Origin: the human T2T-CHM13v2.0 reference genome, Homo sapiens
Assembly (NCBI GenBank): GCA_009914755.4
Contig: CP068257.2
Coordinates: 34,816,001 to 34,880,000, forward strand
DNA length: 64,000 nucleotides
Reading direction: 5' to 3'
How positions within the stretch are numbered: the stretch's first letter is position 1; every line of letters starts with the position of its first letter. Positions 49,751 to 64,000 of this stretch are shown piece by piece. The position numbers were made by a program, and so were the translations under genes. The notes under the pieces were generated by a model that searched no databases, had not been told where the DNA came from, and was given only the letters and a program-made list of their open reading frames with translations.

Positions 49751-51291
49751 CACCTCCAGAATGAGTTGGCAGCTGCAAGTTCTCCCCAAGGCCCCACTGC
49801 AGCCCTTGCATCTCAGCATCAGCTCCTTGCACGGCCAGGTGGTGTTGTTTCTGACTCGGGGTCTGCATCTCTCTCTGCGCCGCTGGGTTCAGGAGGCCCT
49901 GAGGAGCGAGCCCGGTCCAGTGCTAGCTTCGCAGCTCACAGCCCTTGGGCAAATGTTACAACTGGAGGGCTGCACAAATGCATCATGTGGTTTCAAACCA
50001 TGCGTCTCTCTGAGCAGGAATTGCTGGAATGGGCCTCAGAAAGTTCCTGACCCTTTGTCTGGGGTCACAGGGTCTGTGTCCAGTGAGGCCTAGAGGCCAC
50101 GTGAGGTCCAGAGAGAGAAGCACAAGGCAGCTGCTGAGGCCTCATAGGAACCATGCGGTGAAGGAACCAGGGTTTCTTCTTTCTCCATGGCAACTAGGAG
50201 TGCAGGTCAGCCTCGGAAAAGGATCCTCCATCTTTGGTTAAAAGAACGGTGAGCCCAGGTTTGGTAATGATGTAGCTGTGTGAGTTGATGGATGCAAAGT
50301 GCCCGGCGTGGTGCCTTATCCATCGTAGGTATTGCCGAAGGAGAGCTTTTGTCACCCCTTCCTGGAGAGGGGTGTTGTGGTTTGTGGGTTGAGACCTTTT
50401 GGATTCCTGGCATTGACAATGGCACTATTTGGGGTGGGGACCTTCTTGTTGGAGGAGTCTCCTTCCCTCCCTGCTGGTGATATAGGCAGGAAAAGAAGCC
50501 AAGAACTAGGCCAATTGCAATAAAGAAAGAAAGAAGCACCTTCTGAGCCTCTCTTGCCCTGTAAGGAGCCAAGGGGGACAGGGCCAGATACGGACCCACT
50601 GCAGGGATGGGCAGTCTCCGCCCTTCACTGAGGAGGATGCAGGACTTATGGCCCCACTGGGCGGCAGGGACACAGGAACCTAGACTGTCCATGCTCAGAC
50701 ACGGTCTGGATTTAGAACCGTAGGCCTTGGGGCCGTTTTCAAAAAATAGACCCTTTCCTTAGGAAAATCCCACAAAACTGCCCCAAAGACGAGTGAGGTA
50801 GGAAGAGCATGAGGCTCGGATTCTATTTACGCATGCATGTCCATTAGATTCTGGATTCAAAAGCCCCATGTTCTTGGGTTTAAGATTGTACTTTCTGACG
50901 TGAACAGTGAATTGCAAATTCAGACTTAAGAGATGGTTACTTTTCCACCAAGAGAACAGCCCCGAAACTTGGCCAGAGCATTGGTGTTTTGGTGCTGCTG
51001 TAACACAGTGCCACATGCTGGGAGGCTTGAGACAACAGACATTTGTCTGTTGCCTTGCAGTTCTGAAGGCCAAGAGTCCAAAACCAAGACGCTAGCAGGG
51101 CTGTGCTCCTCTGAGACTGGGTAGATGCCTTCCTGGCCTCCTCCAGCTTCTGGTGGTGGCCAGCAATCCTTGGCATTCCTTGGCTTCCAGCATGACCACT
51201 CCAATCTCTGCCTTTTTCATGACATGGTGGTCTTCCTGCATGTCTCTCCTCACACGTCGTTCTCTTCTTATAAGGACACCTGTCAGATTAG

Positions 51292-51646
<355 letters not shown>

Positions 51647-51805
51647 TGATGACATCCACAAAGTCTCTGTTTCCAAATAAGGTCACATTCACAGGCACCA
51701 GAAGGTAGGGCTTCAATATGCATTTTGGGGGACAGACTTCACCCACTGACAGCCATATGTGTTCTTTACAGTTGCCACTATTTCTATGACTTGGAGTGAG
51801 ACTGT

Positions 51806-52110
51806 GATTTTGTTTTTCTTTTTTTTTTGATGGCGTCTTAGTCTGTCACCTAGTCTGGAGTGCAGTGGCGTGATTTTTGGCTCACTGCACTCTTTGCCTC
51901 CCAGGTTCAAGCGATTCTCTTGCCTCAGCCTCCCAAGTAGCTGGGATTACAGGCATGCACCACCATGTCTGGCTAATTTTTGTATTTTTAGTAGAGACAG
52001 GGTTTCACCATGTTGGCCAGGCAGGTCTTGAACTCCTGATCTCAAGTGATCCACCCGCCTCAGCATCCCAAAGTGTTGATATTACAGGCGTGAGCCACTG
52101 TGCCTGGCCA
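51806..52110 (-). mobile_element. Alu SINE
   Basis: T-rich + gatggcgtcttagtctgtcacctagtctggagtgcagtggcgtg... to gagccactgtgcctggcc. Confidence 0.9.
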
Positions 52111-52454
52111 AGGCTCTGATTTTCGTTAGGATCAGACGGATCACTTCTGTCACCAGCGATACCTGAGTACAGGTTAATCAATACAGCAAGATGTTGCACT
52201 AGTGATCGCAGCAGTCAAGTTCATTTCCAAATACAGAGCGAAAGCAAGGTGCCTTCCCAATCCTCTGCTCTGTCCTGTTTTCTGTCTCGGGACACCCTGT
52301 CATCCTCAGACAAGTGACAATGAAGAGACAGTAAAGGCAAACCAAGTCACTGTCCAAAAATTGCACCACCTACCTTGGAGAGCCTCTCATTTCCCATCAG
52401 ATATGAATGAAAGATCAGATATAAACCTGATGGGAAATGAGAGGTTCCATTTCC

Positions 52455-54030
<1,576 letters not shown>

Positions 54031-54817
54031 CCCATTTCTTGAAATAATCCTTCATGTATAACTTAGGTTAATAGTGCCTCATAGTCTACTTAGAAAGAAT
54101 CAGATAGAATTTTCTTTAGTAAGGAAATTTCCAAATAGAGAATAGAAAAGTTAATTGATGGCAATGTATTTAATAGCGAGGATCAGTGAGGAAATGAATT
54201 AAAGAGGTTCCTTTTACACTTTTCTTCTCTGAAGCTAGGTACACCTTAGTTCATGTTGCAGCTTCTTTGGTGCTGTCAGATCATAGTTGGTATGAAATGG
54301 GAAGTTTCTGAAAGTCAGATGACACATTTGTGAAATGCAACCTCACTGTTATCTACCCGGCACCCATCATTTAGCTGACAACAATCTCAGCAACAGGCAT
54401 TTCAATGTGGTCCTGCGTTTGCTAATTGCTGGTGTGTACTCAGGACACCGGAAGATTTAACCTTTTGGATGAGACAGATACCAGTAACTTCCCAGCTGAG
54501 CTTCCCAGGAATGAACTGATGAGAAGTGACATCCAAAAAACTGTCTCTTAAAATATAAAGAGATCAAAAGCATGAAGTAGAGACTCAAACAGGTGTGTGC
54601 ACACTCACCTTCATAGCAGCATTATTTGCAATAGTCAAAAGGTGGCAGCAGGCCAGGCGTGCACTGAGAGACGAATGGATAAACAAAATATGCTGTAACC
54701 ACACAATGCAACATCCAGCCAGAAAAAGGAAGTTCTGACACATGCTCCAACACGGCTGAACCTTGAGGATGTTATGTTAAGTGAAATATGCCCATTGCAA
54801 AAAGACAAATACTGTGA

Positions 54818-55174
<357 letters not shown>

Positions 55175-55450
55175 TGTGATTCCACTTTTATGAGATACCT
55201 AGTATAGTCAAATTAATAGAGACAGAAGGTAGAATTGCGGGTGCCAGGGGCTGAGGGCGGGGGGGTGGGGAGTTACAGTTTAATGGGTACAGACTTTCAG
55301 TCTGGGAGGAGGAGAAAGCTCTGGAGAGGGATGGTGGTGGATGGCTGCATGATATGCGTGTACTTAATGTCACAGAACTAGGTACTTCAAATGGCTGAAA
55401 TAGCACATTTTACGTTATGTGTGTTTTACTACAATAAAAAATACAGAAAG

Positions 55451-55744
<294 letters not shown>

Positions 55745-55745
<1 letters not shown>

Positions 55746-55817
55746 TATATATATATATATATATGGAGAGAGAGAGAGAGAGAAAGAGAATGGGGGGCGG
55801 GAGAGAGAGAGAGAGAA
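55745..55817. repeat. (TA)n(GA)n compound microsatellite
   Basis: atatatatatatatatatatggagagagagagagagagaaagagaa..gggagagagagagagagaa. Confidence 0.9.
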
Positions 55818-56804
55818 CATCCAAAACTGATATTAGCCATTCTGAATTGGACTGTCCCATCAAATGTGGTCTTGCAGCTGTCCACTTGTTTAGGAGTAAG
55901 GAGTTTTATTGGAATGAATGTTCTCAGATATTAATCAACACAGTACCTCCCTCCCTTCTCAGTTCCAGCTGATGCTGAGACACCAATGGCAAATCTTGAT
56001 CCATGCCCACCCCAGGAGGATGAGCGACAGTCAGGATTTTGGGCCACAACACATGCAGCTTCCTGCAGTGTCCTCTTCTCCAGGGTGTGCTGTGGGAAGG
56101 CCTCACCAGCTTGGGCAGGGGCTCAGCTCTCACGGGATGAGGCAGCTGAGTAGCTGACGGCAGGGCCTGGTGGGGGGCCGGGGACGACGGCAGAGTCATC
56201 CACTGCCACTCTGGACAAAGGCCAAACCTGTCCTGGATGCCACCTAGTTGCTGCCCTCTTAACCTGACCCTCTGGCCTGCCTCAGACCTTATAATTTCCT
56301 AAGCACGTCTGCATAGACTGTTATTTAGTCTTGCCAATGACCGCGAGGGAGCTGTTATCACTGCCAGGCATCATGTCCAGTCCTCACGGCTGGCCATAAG
56401 AAGATCCGGGCCTCACCTGGGCCTCCCATCCAAGCCCCAAGTTCTTTCCTCCCCCAGTAGCCAGCCAGAGCCACCAACCCTCCCTCAAGCCATGAGAGGA
56501 AGCAGCTGTGATGAGCACTGAGCCCTCAACCAGGAGCCGTTGAATGAACAGGTGTGAATCTCAAACACAATTTTCTGCAAGGTCTTCTCCACTCCCAGGC
56601 CCAGCTGTATCTCTTACGGCTGAGGGATCAGGATGACTTTGCTGCGGCCTCGCTGGAAGCATCTCTCTAGATTGCCACGGACCAGGCAGTCTAGAGATGA
56701 GGAAGTCAGAGGCTCCACAGACACTCAGATATCATCAGATCCCCTCCCAAAGGGAGAAGAATGCTCTGTTTTATTTTATTCTATTTAACTTTGTTAATTT
56801 AATT

Positions 56805-56954
56805 TTTAGAGGCAGGATCTTGCCCTGTTGCCCAAGCTGGAGTGCAATGGCTCAACCGTGGGTCACCGCAGCCTTGAGCTCCTGGGCTTAAGAGATCCTC
56901 CTGCCTCAGCCTCCCAAAGAGCTGGGACTACAGGTGCGAACCACCATGTCTGCT
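56805..56954 (-). mobile_element. Alu-derived element, internally deleted
   Basis: gaggcaggatcttgccctgttgcccaagctggagtgcaatggctcaaccgtgggtcaccgcagccttgagctcctgggcttaagagatcctcctgcctcagcctcccaaagagctgggactacaggtgcgaaccaccatg. Confidence 0.75.
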
Positions 56955-56962
56955 AGTTCAAT

Positions 56963-57384
<422 letters not shown>

Positions 57385-57540
57385 TCTCTGACTGTTCAGT
57401 TTGATACACGTGGAACCAGGTTTGCTTGCACCCTCCTCACCGCTTCTGCTTTCTGCTCCTCCCAAACACATGAACATATTCAGATATGCATCAACGTGCA
57501 CATATGCCAACACGTGTGGGCACACACATGCAAATGCACA

Positions 57541-57585
57541 GACACACACACACACACACACACACACCCCTGGACACACACACAT
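57541..57585. repeat. (CA)n microsatellite inside a CA-rich region
   Basis: gacacacacacacacacacacacacacacc..ggacacacacacat. Confidence 0.9.
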
Positions 57586-58494
57586 TGTTTTCTCAAAATG
57601 ACTTTTGGCAGCAGCAAAGCCAAACCTTTCCAAAGGCCGAAGAAAGGCCTTCATTTGCATCACGTTAACTTGGGGGGCTGCATCTCCTCCCCTGTTTTTA
57701 GTACAAAACATGAGTCAACGGTTCAACCCTCACCCCAGCAAACTAATTAGGGTCAATGTGATTAAAGGGCTCAGCTCTGGTGCAGGAACTAGGATCCCCA
57801 GATATCCTGAAGAACTTCACTCACAGTCTCTTTCCTAAGGTTTGTGCCCTAAAACAAGGCACTGACTCACTGTGTTCAGCTCTTAATAACCTCAAGAACC
57901 TCCCTTCCCAGCTGGGCGCCTCTTCCATAAAGGGGTTACCAGAAAACAAGAAGCAACACACAAAGCTTTCAAAAGCGAAACGGCGAGGAATGTAGTGCGT
58001 GTCAGCGAGTCAACGAAAATAAGAAAGGGACCTGATGTCAAGCTTGACACGATCATTTTAATTTCCGCGTACTTTTTGGGTCTTTTCATGTTGGCTTCAT
58101 GGAAATTTATGTTTGCTGAGAAGACTGTATTTGCTACAGGATCTCGCTGTGTTCATTTAGCCTGGTAATAAAAACCATCTGCCTGAAATCCTTTTTGGAA
58201 CAAGGAGGGGTATAAGCAAATAAGCAAATGGTCATAAAAGATCTGGAGAAGGGTGGGGCTGTGTCAGGAAAGTGGGGAGCCTGGAGTACATGCCTCGGGA
58301 GTGGCGACTGTAGGAGGCCGGGGACTACTGAAGGTCATGTGTGAGGCTGTACAGCTTTCCCAGTAAATATGGTGCATGTTGGGAGGACAGGTGCATGTGG
58401 ACAGGCCGCCTCTCTTCCCAAGCACCCGCTCTGGGCTGGGGTCTCACCACTGGAGTAAGAACAGTATCATGATGCATTAAGTGAGGAGTCCTTG

Positions 58495-59250
<756 letters not shown>

Positions 59251-60744
59251 GTCAGACAAGATCGCAAAGAAGCATCTCAAACTCTTGGCCTTTAAATCAG
59301 GCATTGAAGACCATGAGCAGGACAGAACCAACCCTGAGAGGATACTGTTGAGCACGTGTTTTGTTTACCGGTTTGTTTTTCTGCCCGCCCCCGGGGAGGA
59401 GGTCAAGCCTCCTGGACTCAAGGAAATAAAAGGGCAGCCTCCTGGAGAGCAGCTGTGAGGGGCTGTGAGAGGGGCCTTCGTCCTGTCCTGGTCTCTGGGT
59501 CCACCCCACAGTTGGGGGTGTCACCACAGGAGTCCTGAGCTGGGGTCTGTGAGTAGAGAGGGCTGCTCTTCTGCCTTCCCCGGGAGGCAGGGCACGGAGG
59601 AGAAATGGCAAGACACATTAAGCTTTCTTAATGTGGGTTCTAGTAACATAGGTTTTTATGTTCTCAGCAAGACAGGGTTCTTGTAAGCCAGGCATTGGTA
59701 AGAGATAATCTTCAAGGTTCCTTTAGCTCTGATTACCATATAAAGACCTGGGCCTGCAGGTCTGATCTTTGAGGTTCTTATAATCCAGAAAACTCAGGAC
59801 ACTGCATGCCAGTGTCAGCTTCAAGGAGCAAGGGAAGCTCAGTTCTTCCAGTCCTGGGGCACGAGGAGGAGGAGGGAGGGCGAGGAAGGGAAGCCTAGCG
59901 GCCGCACACTTGTCATAGTCTCTCTCACAGCTAACATTGTGGAGCGGGAGCCTCTGCAAAATGGGCTTTTTTTCTGCCCCCTGCTTGGAATCATTGGAGG
60001 AGGCCCCATTTCAGAATGGGAGTGTGGGTGGGTACTGAAGGAACACACGTGGCTGGAGGAAGGTGGGATGGATGAGCACACGCTGGGATTCCTCACAGCC
60101 TTCATCTCCTCCATGGTGTGGAGGGGACCCAGGATCCTCATGTGTTCCCAAAGCAGGTATAGAGTGGTTGGGCACCAAGTCCTGGCTGGGAGCCAGTGGA
60201 TGCCAAGAGCCCACTTTTGCCAGGATGGGTTGGGAATCCCACTAGATCTTGGGGGGATCACCATGGTGGACTTGCTCACACGTGAGAGCCCCCAAGAGCA
60301 GGACCTCAGGATCTTCTGCGGGGACATCAACTGGATTCGCAAAGAGCCCACCCGTGCTGGGTGGACACCTGCTGGGCAGCAGAGGCTGATGTCGGACTAG
60401 CCTCTGGCACAGACCGGGAGACCATCTTCTCTCCCAGCGGGGGACTGTGAGATTTCCTGCACACTGGTCGCCATGTAGGATATGACGCCAGGGAAGAGAG
60501 AAACAGGACTGACGAGAGTGGTATCTACAAACAAATATTTATCTAATAAGGCCCATTTCAATCAAAGAAGCTTGTTTCAAACAGACAGGGCTGAGAGGAT
60601 ATTCCTAACAAATTAAAGTCCCCTGGGCTGGCCGTGGGAGAGGGTCTCACGAGGAGGAGAACTAAAGAAGCTCTGTGGTCCCTGCACACTGGCATGTTCG
60701 AGAGAATCTGAACTGTTACTGCCTTGGCATGAAAAGATGATTGT

Positions 60745-61118
60745 TAGGGGCTGAACTGTGTCCCCTCCCAAATTTATATGTTGAAGTCCTGGCCCCCAGT
60801 GCCTTAGAATGTGGCTGTACTTGGAGATGGAGTGTACAAAGAGGCGATTCAGTTAAAATGAGTTCGTACGGGTGGGCCCTGACCCAATCTGACTGGTGTC
60901 CTCCCAGGAAGGGGAGACGAGTTCACAGGCACATGCAGGGGGATGACCCTGGGATGGCACAGGGACAAGACAGCATCTATAAGCCAGGGAGGGGGCCTCA
61001 GGAGAAACCCACCCTGTGGGTGCCTTGATCTCGGACTTCCAGCCTCCAGAACTGTGAGACAATAAATGCCTGTTGTTTAAGCCGCCCTGTCTGTGGAGCT
61101 TTGTTACAACATTCTTGG
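60745..61118 (+). mobile_element. ERVL-MaLR solo LTR, MLT1-family
   Basis: ..ctgaactgtgtcccctcccaaatttatatgttgaagtcctggcccccagtgccttagaatgtggctgtacttggagatgg... ..cttccagcctccagaactgtgagacaataaatgcctgttgtttaagccgccctgtctgtggagctttgttacaacattc. Confidence 0.75.
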
Positions 61119-61302
61119 CAGATGAATACAATGATTCTGCTCAACGACCACAGGTCTTCCTGTGCATCCCCGTAGACATCTGTATCCAGACGAGGACCAC
61201 ACAGGAGGCCTGGATGTTCCCAAACTTCCCTCAGATGCCTGCTGTTACCTGAGTTCCCTGGGTGGAGGAACAAATCCCCACACACAGAAAGGGGAACCAG
61301 AG

Positions 61303-61669
<367 letters not shown>

Positions 61670-61974
61670 TCAAGTTTAAGAACTCCATTATGGGGTGGGA
61701 TGAAGGCTTGGGACAGAAATCATATTCAGTTATGGAAAAGGGAATCTGAAATTTTTTGCTACCCATTTGAGTTTTGAAGTCTCAGGAAATCACACTGACT
61801 TCATCAAAAAAGCAGGTGCTGCCATGCACATTCGATCAATGCAGATGCTGATGTTTACAATGAGCAGTTGCAGCTTCCCTCCTGACAGCCTGGAGCTTGG
61901 GGCTAGAGCCCCTGGCCCACAGGCTAAGAAGCAAGGGTGATTTTACAACCCATGCACTGAGTTAGAGAGTGTTC

Positions 61975-62380
61975 TTACCCCACGAAGTTCTTGTCCACTC
62001 AGAACCTCAGAACGTGACCTTATTTGGAAGTAGGGCTGTAGGTGTAATGAGTTAAGATGAGGTCACAGTGGATTAGGGTGGGCCCTACACCAATGCCACT
62101 GGTGTCCTTATAAGAGCAGAGGAGACACAGGGGGAAGAGGGCTATGTGAAGACTGAGGCGGAGATTGCAGCTGTAGGGCAGGGAATGCTGGGGATGGCCA
62201 GGCCCCACTGGAAGTTGGAAGGGGCAAGGAAGCCTTCTTTTCTAGAGCTTCAGAGACAGCATGGTCCTCTTGGCACTTTGATTTCAGAATTCTGGCTTCC
62301 AGAACTGGGAGTAAATTTCGGTTGTTTTAAGCCATCGAATTTGAAGTACTTTGTTACAGCTGCCCTAGGATGCTAATATA
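61975..62380 (+). mobile_element. ERVL-MaLR solo LTR, MLT1-family
   Basis: ..ccactcagaacctcagaacgtgaccttatttggaagtagggctgtaggtgtaatgagttaagatgaggtcacagtggattagggtgggccctacaccaatgccactggtgtccttataagagcagaggagacacag... ..ggcttccagaactgggagtaaatttcggttgttttaagccatcgaatttgaagtactttgttacagctgccctaggatgctaatatac. Confidence 0.8.
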
Positions 62381-62403
62381 CTGTGTTATAAAAATCAGGG
62401 TTT

Positions 62404-62713
<310 letters not shown>

Positions 62714-62912
62714 GTCAGGGTTTCTAGAGCCTGTGCTCTATCTGAAATGATTTAGAAGCCTTTCTTCTAGGGACGAATCCCTCCAAATTTAGAACCAGGC
62801 AGGAGATTTAGGCACAAGAGCATCCCCTGCTCCCCCTTCCTAGTCTAAATCAGATGACATGGACCCCTGAGAGCGAATGCTTGCAAATCACTCAGGATAC
62901 CCGCCCAGCCAA

Positions 62913-63552
62913 TGGAGAAGAAAGCAGAGGAAGGAAGGAAAGAAGGGTGGAAGGAAGGAAGGGAGGAGGGGAGGAAGGGAGGGAGGAAGGGAGGAAGGAA
63001 GGGAGGGAGGAAGGGAGGAAGGGAGGGAGGGAGGGAGGGAGGAAGGGAGGGAGGAAGGGAGGGAGGGAGGAAGGGAGGGAGGGAGGAAGGGAGGGAGGAA
63101 GGGAGGGAGGGAGGGAGGGAGGAAGGGAGGGAGGGAGGGAGGGAGGGAGGGAGGAAGGGAGGGAGGTAGGGAGGGAGGGAGGGAGGGAGGGAGGGAGGGA
63201 GGAAGGGAGGGAGGGAGGGAGGAAGGGAGGGAGGGAGGAAAGAAGGGAGGAAGGAAGGGAGGGAGGGAGGAAGGGAGGGAGGGAGGGAGGAAGGGAGGGA
63301 GGGAGGAAGGAAGGGAGGGAGGGAGGAAGGGAGGGAGGGAGGGAGGAAGGGAGGGAGGAAGGGAGGGAGGGAGGAAGGGAGGTAGGGAGGGAGGGAGGGA
63401 GGGAGGGAGGGAGGAAGGGAGGGAGGGAGGGAGGAAGGGAGGGAGGAAGGAAGGGAGGGAGGGAGGGAGGGAGGAAGGGAGGGAGGAAGGGAGGGAGGGA
63501 GGGAGGGAGGAAGGGAGGGAGGGAGGGAGGGAGGAAGGGAGGGAGGCAGGCG
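62913..63552. repeat. Long (GGAA)n/(GGGA)n polypurine microsatellite, about 640 bp
   Basis: Uninterrupted purine strand built from ggaa/ggga units with a few t/c interruptions. It explains the 200-300 aa repeat-peptide ORFs (GREGGREG.. on plus, PSLPPSLP.. on minus) at 62845-63747. Confidence 0.95.
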
Positions 63553-64000
63553 GCAGGCACACGCACACAGGCTCTCTTTGCTTTCCAACAGGAAGGGGCT
63601 CAGGGTCTGTTTTCTTTTCCCTTCCTTTCAGATGGATCTTTCATATCTCCAATAACTCTTATCTTTCAGCAAACTCCAACAGGCCCCAAACGAGCTGAGA
63701 AAATATCCAACTTCAAAGGTTTTGCACAAATCATCTTAAAGGCCTGACCTAAGCCCGGAAAGCCGGAACGAAGCCCAGAAATCAGTCCTCATTTCATCGC
63801 CGTTTAGCCAAGACACCTTTCCCGTCCACAGATCACATCTGCCCCCTTCTGCCCCCGCCCAGGTCCCAACCACCTTGAGACACCTGCGTGATCCATCCTC
63901 AAAGCAATGAGTTAGGAGCCGCACTCCTGGTCCTTGGCCGGTGGCTTCAGTGTTATTCCGGGGGGCTGGGTGGGGGCACCTGTGGGGACTGCCCCGTGAG

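Noticed and set aside
49623-50093. 156-aa and 128-aa plus-strand ORFs
   Set aside because: Both start inside a MIR SINE fragment (...VTRPRSYTCKWWRQGLN is MIR read in frame) and continue through unique sequence with no recognisable features.
62845-63747. 247-, 226-, 224-, 273- and 297-aa ORFs on both strands
   Set aside because: They are translations of the (GGAA/GGGA)n microsatellite, giving GREGGREG or PSLPPSLP repeat peptides. They are compositional artefacts.

Overview
This window is primate, almost certainly human, nuclear genomic DNA. I recognise it as the CLDN14 locus on chromosome 21q22.13, not a prokaryotic or viral accessory region.

About a quarter of the sequence is Alu SINEs (~50 copies on both strands). 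There are also three 3'-end fragments of L1 LINEs, all on the minus strand, and six ERVL-MaLR solo LTRs (MLT1, MST and THE1 family, one with adjoining internal sequence). Two MIR fragments and numerous micro- and minisatellites make up the rest of the repeats.

The only intact protein-coding feature I can support is the complete, intron-less coding sequence of claudin-14 (CLDN14, 239 aa, minus strand, 27577..28296). It has a claudin GLW-C-C signature and a C-terminal DYV PDZ-binding motif, and a plausible short 3'UTR follows it. About 24 kb upstream on the same strand lies a retroposed, disabled copy of the proteasome subunit gene PSMD4 (52455..54030). It has a poly-A tail, an in-frame stop and frameshifts, and a younger Alu nested inside it.

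Every other long ORF in the six-frame track is explained by an Alu, L1 or MaLR element, a purine microsatellite, or GC-rich sequence in an alternative frame of CLDN14.

I find no evidence of a novel biological system. The points worth a second look are structural:
- two local inverted-repeat pairs flanking repeat-rich cores;
- a tail-to-tail inverted Alu pair;
- Alu-Alu recombination chimeras;
- a ~640-bp (GGAA/GGGA)n tract;
- seed matches for miR-9 and miR-374 in the putative CLDN14 3'UTR;
- an unusually long Alu-free stretch upstream of the CLDN14 coding exon.

All coordinates of repeats are approximate (about +/-10 bp) because they were read by eye.
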